IMG/VR virus record: IMGVR_UViG_3300047510_000066
Span: 1 to 29,379 of that record
DNA from: a virus
Lineage: Duplodnaviria; Caudoviricetes
Direction: 5' to 3' (one strand)
Length of the DNA stretch: 29,379 nucleotides
Shown in pieces: positions 1-7,164 of this stretch. Made by a program: the position numbers and the translations under genes. The notes beneath the pieces were generated by a model. That model was not told the origin of the DNA, ran no database searches, and saw only the letters and a list, made by a program, of their open reading frames with translations. The stretch's first letter is position 1; the number at the start of each line of letters is the position of its first letter.

Positions 1-51
1 TCGGGCAAGATTTTTTGTAAATGTTGAACCAACTTGCAAAAACTAACCAAC

Positions 52-65
52 GGGGCTTCGGCCCC
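52..65 (+). other. GC-rich hairpin with C(UUCG)G tetraloop immediately upstream of an RBS
   Basis: GGGGC-TTCG-GCCCC is a perfect 5-bp stem. The SD-like GAGGAGG follows at 72-78. Confidence 0.55.
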
Positions 66-83
66 TGCTCTGAGGAGGGCAAA

Positions 84-305
84 ATGTTTAGACCAAATCC
101 AGATGAGTACTACATCCCAGAGGACAAGAAGTATCCGTCCTGGGTGCAGAAGTTGTACGACGAGCAAGACCAGGCTCAGAAACGCCTAGATTGCTTAGAG
201 AAGGCAGTAGTCCCAGAGCAGGACTGGCAGACCGTAGAAGACGAGATGACCAAACTCTACGACAGACTGAATGAGATCCATTCTCAACTGGGAGACTACG
301 CATGA
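84..305 (+). CDS. hypothetical early protein (acidic, coiled-coil-like)
   Basis: ORF 21..305. The start is moved to ATG 84 because GAGGAGG lies at 72-78. The stop overlaps the next start (ATGA). Confidence 0.7.
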   Translation: MFRPNPDEYYIPEDKKYPSWVQKLYDEQDQAQKRLDCLEKAVVPEQDWQTVEDEMTKLYDRLNEIHSQLGDYA

Positions 306-541
306 CCGCCGCCGAATATCACCAACAGCAGTTGGAGCAGCAGGAGGAGGAAGAACTTTGCCGGATGTACAAGCATAAGGGCGAGTTCCACCACGACTTT
401 GAGACCTGCGTTAGCCCAGGCAATGACTTTGCTTTCTTACATTTGTCTAGCAATAATGTAAACTTGAGTCTATGCTTAGAAAAGCAGCACTTAGAAGTAC
501 TGATTACCCAGTTTCAAAACGCTTTGAGGAGAATGAAGTGA
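302..541 (+). CDS. hypothetical protein
   Basis: ATGA-coupled to the upstream gene, with GGAG just upstream. The stop overlaps the GTG of the next gene (GTGA). Confidence 0.7.
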   Translation: MTAAEYHQQQLEQQEEEELCRMYKHKGEFHHDFETCVSPGNDFAFLHLSSNNVNLSLCLEKQHLEVLITQFQNALRRMK

Positions 542-1077
542 ACACACTAGATTTACTGAAGGTCAACGTAAACGACCACACAGAGAAGAAGAACGGCCTG
601 ACTTACTTGTCCTGGGCTTGGGCATGGCAAGAGGCTCTGAAGGCAGACCCGTCTGCTAACTGGAATGTAAAGATGTTTGGCGATCAACCGCTAGTAAAGA
701 TCGGCGAGACCGCAATGGTGTTCGTAGAGGTGACGATGCTAGGCAAGACAATGACCTGCCAGTTACCTGTGCTTGACCACCGTAACAAAGCAATCGCTAA
801 CCCTGATGCTTTCCAGGTCAACACAGCAATCATGCGCTGCTTGGCTAAGTGCATCGGCCTACACGGGCTTGGGCTTTATATCTATGCAGGTGAGGATCTG
901 CCAGAGGCTGATACACCTGAAGTTACAGACTATGTAAAACTAATCGAGGAGAGTAAAAATGTGGAAGAACTCAAGAAAAACTTTGCATCTGCCTTTGCCG
1001 CAGCGAAGTCTAACGCAGGCGCGATTGCTGAAATCACCGTTGCTAAAGACAAGCGCAAGTCAGAACTGGCTGCTTGA
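538..1077 (+). CDS. Sak-like (DUF1071/Rad52-like) single-strand annealing recombinase
   Basis: Family-typical motifs VNDHTEKKNGLTYLSWAWAW, LPVLDHRN, VNTAIMRCLAKCIGLHGLGLYIYAGEDLP. GTG 538 is preceded by GAGGAG. Confidence 0.85.
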   Translation: MNTLDLLKVNVNDHTEKKNGLTYLSWAWAWQEALKADPSANWNVKMFGDQPLVKIGETAMVFVEVTMLGKTMTCQLPVLDHRNKAIANPDAFQVNTAIMRCLAKCIGLHGLGLYIYAGEDLPEADTPEVTDYVKLIEESKNVEELKKNFASAFAAAKSNAGAIAEITVAKDKRKSELAA

Positions 1078-1135
1078 GGGTCTGCCGTTCCTGGCAGTTT
1101 GCGTACTTGGCTATCTTATAATGGTGATGCTATGA
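959..1135 (+). CDS. putative 58-aa membrane peptide overlapping the Sak 3' end (+1 frame)
   Basis: Translated by hand: MWKNSRKT...WLLEGLPFLAVCVLGYLIMVML*. SD GAGGAG at 946-951. Its TGA overlaps ATG 1132 (ATGA). Confidence 0.45.
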   Translation: MWKNSRKTLHLPLPQRSLTQARLLKSPLLKTSASQNWLLEGLPFLAVCVLGYLIMVML

Positions 1136-1350
1136 ACATACGACAAGCACAAGCGATGGCTCGGTTTAGCGAAGTCAGCCAAGAAATCGAGCAAGAACTA
1201 AAAAACCCGTCGTGGAAAAACTTGGGCGATGAGGATATAGAAGAAATCGAGACCCTGTACTACCACGACAAACTCTACGATATTGCTGATCTTTGCAGGG
1301 AAGTAGAAAAGCGGTTAATGAAGAAAAACATAGGAGGTAGTAATGTATGA
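1132..1350 (+). CDS. hypothetical protein
   Basis: ORF 1099..1350; ATG 1132 is preferred. The C-terminus W..L.DEDIEEI...CREVEKRL.KKN resembles common small phage early proteins. Confidence 0.65.
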   Translation: MNIRQAQAMARFSEVSQEIEQELKNPSWKNLGDEDIEEIETLYYHDKLYDIADLCREVEKRLMKKNIGGSNV

Positions 1351-1519
1351 ACCAGGTAAGCACGTTGTTCAACTCAGCGCTATCGCTCGTGATCTCCAGC
1401 GTGAGATCGCTTATGCCTACGACCCAAACGCGAGCCGAATCCGTCAACTCTGCCAAGAAGCGGAAAACGAAATCCTCGCCATATACAGGTGGGCAAACGG
1501 GATCATCGAAGATGAGTAA
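1343..1519 (+). CDS. hypothetical 58-aa protein (not in ORF track)
   Basis: Translated by hand: MYEPGKHVVQLSAIARDLQREIAYAYDPNASRIRQLCQEAENEILAIYRWANGIIEDE*. Strong SD AGGAGG at 1332-1337. Confidence 0.7.
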   Translation: MYEPGKHVVQLSAIARDLQREIAYAYDPNASRIRQLCQEAENEILAIYRWANGIIEDE

Positions 1520-1736
1520 GATCCTAGACCCTAGTTTTAAATACGTCCCCGCAGCCAAGACTGACCTGCGGGAATCTATGGAACGCTACAAGAGGATGGT
1601 GGATGGTGGAAGCAGTCGAGAGGTACGTCCTGGAAAGGAAACGGCCAGTCACGAGCAAGCAGATCGCGGAGTACTTCTTGATTTCACGAAGTTACGCGAA
1701 CCAGTTATTACGGAAGTCAAAAAACGTCGGGGTTAA
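1512..1736 (+). CDS. hypothetical protein (ILDPSFKYVPAAKTD type)
   Basis: Internal ATG 1512 of ORF 1347..1736 overlaps the stop of the 1343 gene. The N-terminus resembles small phage proteins I recall. Confidence 0.55.
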   Translation: MSKILDPSFKYVPAAKTDLRESMERYKRMVDGGSSREVRPGKETASHEQADRGVLLDFTKLREPVITEVKKRRG

Positions 1737-1788
1737 AAGAATTGGACGAGAGAACTATTACTCGGAAAGGTATCGAGGGGCAAGTTGA
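1603..1788 (+). CDS. putative winged-HTH DNA-binding protein
   Basis: PVTSKQIAEYFLISRSYANQLL matches an HTH pattern. GAGG at 1592-1595. Confidence 0.55.
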   Translation: MVEAVERYVLERKRPVTSKQIAEYFLISRSYANQLLRKSKNVGVKRIGRENYYSERYRGAS

Positions 1789-1945
1789 AAGGGCTGCGGT
1801 TCGGATCACGGGCGAGAAGTTTTGTAATTCCTGTCAGCAGTACAGAAACATAGAAAACGGTCGGCTTATACAACGCGGAGAGAGGATGCGGCAATGGAAA
1901 TGTTATGGTTGCTTGTCGGATGCGCGATTACGGCATGGGTTGTAG
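1742..1945 (+). CDS. putative zinc-ribbon protein
   Basis: Two CxxC pairs (CNSC, CYGC). TTG start is uncertain. Confidence 0.6.
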   Translation: MDERTITRKGIEGQVERAAVRITGEKFCNSCQQYRNIENGRLIQRGERMRQWKCYGCLSDARLRHGL

Positions 1946-2073
1946 GGGGTATCTGGTTTGTATATACCTGCCGAAAAGCGCCAAGTTGCTGTGAGATTTT
2001 TGGAGATTGTAATCAAGGACGCAATTGTCCGATTAGAGGAAAGTGCAATGAAGAACACAACACGCATCTATGA
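1894..2073 (+). CDS. 59-aa membrane-anchored Cys-rich protein (not in ORF track)
   Basis: Translated by hand: MEMLWLLVGCAITAWVVGGIWFVYTCRKAPSCCEIFGDCNQGRNCPIRGKCNEEHNTHL*. It has an N-terminal hydrophobic helix, a CNQGRxCP motif and GAGAGGA upstream. Confidence 0.65.
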   Translation: MEMLWLLVGCAITAWVVGGIWFVYTCRKAPSCCEIFGDCNQGRNCPIRGKCNEEHNTHL

Positions 2074-2278
2074 CTTTGTAACCAAATCGGGTACGCCTGT
2101 AACCCTAAAGCAGATTCAGGTGGCACTAGAGATGAAGCCAGGCATTGCAAGCGGTTCTCTGGCCTCCCTGATGTCTGCGAACAAAGTAGCCAGGGAACAG
2201 GTCAGCCGAGCCGAAGGTAGCACCGGAAGAAAAATCCAATGGGCGTACAAACCTGTTGCAAATCCGCAACAAAATTGA
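2048..2278 (+). CDS. putative winged-HTH DNA-binding protein
   Basis: IYDFVTKSGTPVTLKQIQVALEMKPGIASGSLASLM fits a wHTH. ATG 2048 follows GAGGA. Confidence 0.65.
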   Translation: MKNTTRIYDFVTKSGTPVTLKQIQVALEMKPGIASGSLASLMSANKVAREQVSRAEGSTGRKIQWAYKPVANPQQN

Positions 2279-2284
2279 TATGAT
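2256..2284 (+). promoter_or_regulatory. sigma70-like promoter
   Basis: TTGCAA (2256-2261), a 17-nt spacer, then TATGAT (2279-2284). Confidence 0.6.
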
Positions 2285-2287
2285 TGT

Positions 2288-2372
2288 CGTCGGAGTAGTC
2301 CGTCCTCCTCCGGCGCTCCTTCAAGCCCAAGACCCCTGCATCGCCTCACGGCCTTGTGGGGGTCACCTTTTT
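2288..2372 (+). ncRNA. candidate structured small RNA or leader with anti-SD sequences, ending in a terminator-like hairpin
   Basis: Stem 1 is CGTCGGAG/CTCCGGCG. Stem 2 is GACCCCTGCA/TGTGGGGGTC plus GCC/GGC, followed by ACC-TTTTT. It sits directly after the promoter in a non-coding gap. Confidence 0.4.
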
Positions 2373-2383
2373 AGGACTAGCAA

Positions 2384-2734
2384 ATGAAACCGACGATAGT
2401 TATTGGCCTTCTTGGTGGTGGAAAACACGGCAAGAAGATGGAAGGCGGTCTACTGGAGCCAGAGATGGAAATGCCAGAGGCTATGATGGACAAGGCAATG
2501 AACTCCGAGAACAAGGCCAAGGCGGTTATGAAGGCTTCCTACGGCCCCGCTACTGGCGCTGACAAGTGTAAGCATTGCGAGTACTTCAATACCGACATGG
2601 CTGAACTGAAGAAGGGCGACGGCTTCTGCGAACTGTGGGAGTTCACCTGTTCCGAAAAGAACACATGCGCTGCCTACGAATTCAAAGAAGAAGAAGAAGG
2701 GGAAGAAGAAGGCGAAGAAGAATCCGAAGATTAA
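2384..2734 (+). CDS. hypothetical Cys-containing protein with poly-Glu tail
   Basis: CKHC...GFC...TC...TC cysteine pattern and an EEEEGEEEGEEESED tail. AGGA upstream. Confidence 0.75.
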   Translation: MKPTIVIGLLGGGKHGKKMEGGLLEPEMEMPEAMMDKAMNSENKAKAVMKASYGPATGADKCKHCEYFNTDMAELKKGDGFCELWEFTCSEKNTCAAYEFKEEEEGEEEGEEESED

Positions 2735-2739
2735 CAATT

Positions 2740-2803
2740 CCACCCACGCCTTCTGGCATGACGGATTACAATGCCGTCTGGAAGTCCAAGCGCACCAGGG
2801 TGG
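2740..2803 (+). other. long imperfect intergenic hairpin
   Basis: Nested pairings CCACCC/GGGTGG, CGC/GCG, CTTCTG/TGGAAG, GACGG/CCGTC. Confidence 0.4.
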
Positions 2804-2823
2804 CTTCTATTTAGGAGTGTAAA

Positions 2824-2985
2824 GTGCCGAGCGTATCCAAAGCCCAGAACCGTTTTATGCAAGCCGCAGCCTCTAGCGGCAAGATGGCCAAGAAGTTAGG
2901 TATTTCTCAGTCAGTTGCCAAGAAGTTTGTAAAGGAGACTGGCTCCATGAAGAACAAGCCTGAGTATAAGAAACCAAAGAAGTGA
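2824..2985 (+). CDS. small basic phage protein (MPSVSKAQ type; not in ORF track)
   Basis: Translated by hand: MPSVSKAQNRFMQAAASSGKMAKKLGISQSVAKKFVKETGSMKNKPEYKKPKK*. GTG follows AGGAG, and the stop overlaps the next GTG. Confidence 0.75.
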   Translation: MPSVSKAQNRFMQAAASSGKMAKKLGISQSVAKKFVKETGSMKNKPEYKKPKK

Positions 2986-3719
2986 CGTTCCAGAAACAAG
3001 GCTCTCCAAGGATCTATAAGGCTCTCTGGGAGGCTTGTAAGGCTAAGGTATACCCAGACATAGACCGTTACGAAGAATCGACTGGCTACCCCATAGACAA
3101 GGACTGGTATCACAACCTAGCCCTGCACACCCAGGTAGTGATGAAGGGATCAGAACTTTGCTATGAACACGGGCGTGTTTTATACAGTACTCTCCGACGG
3201 TTCTTGGAAAGCAGAGACTCTGTCCGAGTTGTTGAGACGGGAACGGCGCGAGGCTTCTCGGCGCTATGTATGGCAAAGGCGATCCAAGATTCAGGCAAGA
3301 CGGGAAGCATCGTTACGCACGACATCCTCCAGCACAATGTAAAGATGTACTGGAACTGCATAGACGACCACAACGGGCAGAAGACCAGAGCAGAACTTCT
3401 GGAACCGTGGTCAGACATTATCAAATTTGTTAAGTTTGTAACCGGAGACAGTAAGGTTACATTCCAGCCACAGGAGTGCGACTTCGCATTTTTAGACGGA
3501 GCGCACACATACGAGGATGTAAGGAGCGAATATGCAAAACTTAAAAATCCGCGAGTGGTTGTCTTCGATGATTACACGCCTACGCAATTTCCTGGAATCT
3601 GTCGTGCTGTGGACGAAATCGGCAGTCAAAAAGGTCTTAGCAAAGTTTTCCTGAGATCTAATCGGGGCTATGTAATCTATGAAAATCAAGGAAGCGGCAA
3701 AGAGGTTCGAGGCTTATGA
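2982..3719 (+). CDS. class I SAM-dependent methyltransferase (Methyltransf_24-like)
   Basis: VVETGTARGFSA (motif I), DFAFLDGAHTYE and VVVFDDY. Confidence 0.85.
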   Translation: MTFQKQGSPRIYKALWEACKAKVYPDIDRYEESTGYPIDKDWYHNLALHTQVVMKGSELCYEHGRVLYSTLRRFLESRDSVRVVETGTARGFSALCMAKAIQDSGKTGSIVTHDILQHNVKMYWNCIDDHNGQKTRAELLEPWSDIIKFVKFVTGDSKVTFQPQECDFAFLDGAHTYEDVRSEYAKLKNPRVVVFDDYTPTQFPGICRAVDEIGSQKGLSKVFLRSNRGYVIYENQGSGKEVRGL

Positions 3720-4023
3720 CAAACGGACAAACAAAAAGATGGCCGAACATAATCGGTCTGGTGGAGATGTTCGCTCGCCTGTTCGGACGACCAAAGGCGC
3801 AAGCCAAGGCGACCAGTACGACCGAGCCAAGTTCATCTACCGCAAAGCCGCCCAAGCCCTTACTGCTGGACACAATCTGCAAGACAAGAGCGGAGCGCCT
3901 ACTCCAGCAGCAATGCAATTCAAGCGCTGGGGAGCCAAAGTCCCCAAAAACCAAGAAGATCTCCGCTCGCTCAAAGCCCTCGGCCAAAGGCTCAAAGACC
4001 GCTACAAGCCGAAAGAAAAGTAA
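3679..4023 (+). CDS. basic hypothetical protein (DUF6321-like)
   Basis: LQDKSGAPTPAAMQFKRWG resembles the C-terminal motif of that phage family as I recall it. Lys/Arg-rich. Confidence 0.6.
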   Translation: MKIKEAAKRFEAYDKRTNKKMAEHNRSGGDVRSPVRTTKGASQGDQYDRAKFIYRKAAQALTAGHNLQDKSGAPTPAAMQFKRWGAKVPKNQEDLRSLKALGQRLKDRYKPKEK

Positions 4024-4025
4024 GA

Positions 4026-5318
4026 ATGGCTGACCTATCCGCACCTCAACAAACCGAGTGGCTACGCAAGTTTGCGGCGCTTCTTAAGGGGCGAGAGGAA
4101 GTCCAGGCGCAGATGAATCCCACAATGATGGGGGCGCTCATGGATCTGATCCTGCCGTCGTCCCAGTTCGTTGAGAAGGCTTCTTACGGCGACCCGTTGT
4201 TCCGTATGCCCCCGTCTGGGACCGGCGGTTACATTCCTATCACGGCTGATAAGGAGTACGCAGCAGAGGCAGCCGGCCTTATTCCTGTGGCCGCACCTGG
4301 CGCAAAGAAGGCGTCCGACGTTGCCAGCAAAATTGTAAGAGAGATACAGAACCAGCCTCCTGTTGGGGCTATTGGTCCTCGGGTAACAAAGTTTGGCGAC
4401 GTAAGTTATGACCAAAGGTTTGACCCAAGAATAAAAGAGCAGCCTCGGATTAAAGAAACAACCACTACAGTAGACGAGACTGTAAACCTAGATGTTCCGG
4501 CAATTCCGCTTACACAATTTGAGGGTTATCCGTTCATTACGAGTATGTCAGACCGTACCGCAGCAGGTGGGTTGCTGACGTCAATAAATGACGTTGCCTT
4601 GAAACGCCCAGTAAGGTTAGGTGGCGGTCAAGACTTCATGTTTGAAAATCCATTTGTATGGGCATCGGCAAAAGGTCCGGTAAAGCAGATCATGAACCAG
4701 GCCCAAGTACTGCGCGAAGTTACTGGTAAAGACCCACTTTATATGCCGTGGCGCATGGCCCCAACAGGCGGAGACTTCGCCACTATGACTGGCGAAACAA
4801 TGCTTTCATACGCTGAGAGCGCATTACCAAAGAGTATAAAAAAGCAGATGGACAAGGAAATTAAAAAGATTGTCCCTGACTGGAAAGGTATAGATTCACC
4901 GGAGAGCATTAAACAGTATCAATCGTTCTCGGATGCAAACCGTAAAAAGATTAAGCAGACGTTGGACGTCGAGTTCAGGGATGTTGGCGGCTTAAACATT
5001 GGACAAGCCAGACTTGCGGTGTCAGATCCAAAGCAACTTGGCGGATTTGATGCCCAGATTATGAACATTGGAAGGATCTTCGCTGACAAACCAATGATTG
5101 AGGCTTCTGGTCACGCTTCTTACCCAAAGGGAGTACCAGGCGAAGGATTAGGAAGGGTAGATAAAGACATCAACATATTTCAGTTGCTGCCTAAGGTTGT
5201 AGAGGAGCGCGGCATACCCTCTGCAACTTCCCCAAGACAAACCGACATTCGGGCGCTACAAATGAAGCCTTATGCCGGAATCCTGGATGAGGAAACTCTC
5301 AGGCTCCTCGGGTATTAA
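4026..5318 (+). CDS. 430-aa hypothetical protein; possible two-part (N-terminal carrier plus C-terminal effector) protein
   Basis: Long uninterrupted ORF. A Pro/Ala hinge lies around PVAAPGA..QPPVGAIG, followed by a globular-looking C-terminal region. Confidence 0.8.
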   Translation: MADLSAPQQTEWLRKFAALLKGREEVQAQMNPTMMGALMDLILPSSQFVEKASYGDPLFRMPPSGTGGYIPITADKEYAAEAAGLIPVAAPGAKKASDVASKIVREIQNQPPVGAIGPRVTKFGDVSYDQRFDPRIKEQPRIKETTTTVDETVNLDVPAIPLTQFEGYPFITSMSDRTAAGGLLTSINDVALKRPVRLGGGQDFMFENPFVWASAKGPVKQIMNQAQVLREVTGKDPLYMPWRMAPTGGDFATMTGETMLSYAESALPKSIKKQMDKEIKKIVPDWKGIDSPESIKQYQSFSDANRKKIKQTLDVEFRDVGGLNIGQARLAVSDPKQLGGFDAQIMNIGRIFADKPMIEASGHASYPKGVPGEGLGRVDKDINIFQLLPKVVEERGIPSATSPRQTDIRALQMKPYAGILDEETLRLLGY

Positions 5319-5499
5319 ACAAATACTTTGGGTCGAACTGATCTGCTAGTTTTTGGCTAAACCGCTTACTAATAAAGTTCTTGACCTGCTCTGTAGTCAC
5401 GGAATCAATCCTACTGGCGACGCAGAATGTTTCGTGAAGGGTCAAGGCTTCGAGCATTGACTTAGACATTTTTACATCTGTGTTTACAATTGGCGACAT
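5299..5499 (-). CDS. 66-aa hypothetical protein, convergent on the 430-aa gene
   Basis: Fills an otherwise empty gap. Minus-strand SD GAGGAGG (5504-5510) and an extended -10 lie upstream. Confidence 0.75.
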   Translation of the reverse strand: MSPIVNTDVKMSKSMLEALTLHETFCVASRIDSVTTEQVKNFISKRFSQKLADQFDPKYLFNTRGA

Positions 5500-5522
5500 A
5501 AAACCTCCTCATGGTTTGTAAG

Positions 5523-5531
5523 ATTATACCA
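5523..5531 (-). promoter_or_regulatory. extended -10 promoter (TGnTATAAT)
   Basis: The reverse complement of 5523-5531 is TGGTATAAT, in an AT-rich gap just upstream of the SD of the minus-strand gene. Confidence 0.65.
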
Positions 5532-5599
5532 TTTATCTAATAATCAAACTGTTGTAAACTAGCAACACACTTAACCGAACAACCTTAGAGGATTCGGAC

Positions 5600-5893
5600 A
5601 TGGAACAAAATAAACAAACGGAAGAAATTGGAACCGGAGCACCTGGCCCTGGCAGACCTAAGGGGTCAGTCAACAAGGCAACGGCAAAGGTTCGTGAAGC
5701 AATAGCAAGGATGGCAGACGACAACGCAGATAACTTTGCGCTGTGGCTGTCACAGGTAGCGTCATCTAGCCCTGAGAAGGCTTGCGACATTTACCTGAGG
5801 GCGATTGAATACCACATACCTAAACTGGCTAGGACTGAGCATACAGGCGCAGAGAACGGCCCGATCACCCTCAAGGTGGTCACGGGTATATGA
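5600..5893 (+). CDS. terS: terminase small subunit
   Basis: GPGRPKGSVNKAT at the N-terminus, EYHIPKLARTEHTGAENGPI at the C-terminus, and a position directly before terL. Confidence 0.75.
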   Translation: MEQNKQTEEIGTGAPGPGRPKGSVNKATAKVREAIARMADDNADNFALWLSQVASSSPEKACDIYLRAIEYHIPKLARTEHTGAENGPITLKVVTGI

Positions 5894-7161
5894 CAGAGCA
5901 GGTAGTTGAAACAGGATACAAGCCAAGACCACAACAGCGGCAGATTCATACCGCCGTGGCAGAGAACAGGTTTGTGGTGGTGGTCGCTCATCGACGTATG
6001 GGCAAGACTGTGGCTGCGATCAATCAACTTATTCACAGCGCACTCCAATGCGAAAGACCAAACCCACGGTTCGGCTACATCGCCAGCACCTACGGGCAAG
6101 CAAAGCGAGTGGCGTGGGATATGCTCTGTGACTTCACGCGGCCACTTAACCCTACTGTCAACATCTCGGAATTGCGGGTTGACTTCTTCGGAAGGCGAAT
6201 CCAACTCTACGGTTCAGACAACGCAGAGACGCTCCGAGGGCAGTACTTCGACGGGATCGTGATCGACGAGATTGCCGATCAGAACCCGAAGACATGGAAC
6301 GAGATTATCCGACCTGCATTGGCAGACCGGCACACGCCAGAGGCTCCAACGTGGGCGCTGTTTCTAGGAACGCCTAAAGGTGCAAACCACTTCAAAGACT
6401 TCCGAGATCGAGCAGAGAAAGAACCGAACTGGAAACTCCTTGAGTTCAAGGCAAGCGAGACTGGCTTACTACGCCAAGAGGAACTCGACGCGGCCCGTCT
6501 GGAAATGGGTGAGAGCAAGTACAAGCAAGAGTTTGAATGTTCCTTCGATGCCCCAGTTGAGGGTGCGTACTACGCAGGGATCATCCAAACGCTCGCTGCC
6601 AACCGCTTCCAAGAGTTCCCAGAAGATCATCTGTGTAAGACTTACACCGCTTGGGACTTGGGTGTGGGCGATAGTACGGCTATCTGGGTTTGCCAGGTTG
6701 CTGGTCAGGAAAAGCGCCTAGTCAATTACTACGAGAACCACGGAGTCGGATTAGATAACTATGTCAGATGGATCAAAGAAAACGGTTACGCGACCGCTGA
6801 ACACATCCTTCCCCACGACGTCGAAGTTAGAGAACTGGGAACAGGTAAGAGCAGAAAAGAGGCTTTACAGGATCTGGGACTCAACATTCAAGTGTGTCCG
6901 CGCATATCTGTCGATGATGGGATTCAAGCGGTTCGAAGAACCCTCCCGTTTTGCTGGTTTCACCCAAGGACTAAACAAGGACTCGACGCGCTAAAGAACT
7001 ACCGCAGAGAGTACGATGAGAAGCGCAATGTCTTCTACGACAAACCGCTCCACGACTGGTCAAGTCACGGCGCAGATGCTTTTAGATACTTAGCAGTAGG
7101 ATTGAACACAACAAGTGACTGGGGCAAGCCCCTCGCAGTACCAACCAAATGGATCGTATAG
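5890..7161 (+). CDS. terL: terminase large subunit
   Basis: Walker A AHRRMGKT, Walker B LRGQYFDGIVIDE, coupling motif GTPKG, and nuclease motifs WDLG and HDWSSHGADAFRY. Confidence 0.95.
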   Translation: MTEQVVETGYKPRPQQRQIHTAVAENRFVVVVAHRRMGKTVAAINQLIHSALQCERPNPRFGYIASTYGQAKRVAWDMLCDFTRPLNPTVNISELRVDFFGRRIQLYGSDNAETLRGQYFDGIVIDEIADQNPKTWNEIIRPALADRHTPEAPTWALFLGTPKGANHFKDFRDRAEKEPNWKLLEFKASETGLLRQEELDAARLEMGESKYKQEFECSFDAPVEGAYYAGIIQTLAANRFQEFPEDHLCKTYTAWDLGVGDSTAIWVCQVAGQEKRLVNYYENHGVGLDNYVRWIKENGYATAEHILPHDVEVRELGTGKSRKEALQDLGLNIQVCPRISVDDGIQAVRRTLPFCWFHPRTKQGLDALKNYRREYDEKRNVFYDKPLHDWSSHGADAFRYLAVGLNTTSDWGKPLAVPTKWIV

Positions 7162-7164
7162 GTC

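Noticed and set aside
1347-1511. 5' part of ORF 1347..1736
   Set aside because: It is better explained by the 1343..1519 gene with correct SD spacing plus an internal start at 1512.
1958-2047. TTG-start extension of the wHTH gene
   Set aside because: This region is occupied by the 1894..2073 gene, and ATG 2048 has its own SD.
2116-2349. Minus-strand ORF spanning the candidate sRNA
   Set aside because: It has no SD or recognisable features, and it is antisense to the wHTH gene.
3716-4033. Alternative-frame ORF over the 3679 gene
   Set aside because: The translation is low-complexity and Ser/Pro/Lys-rich, while the 3679 frame has the family-like motif. The ATGA overlap with the methyltransferase stop means it cannot be entirely excluded.
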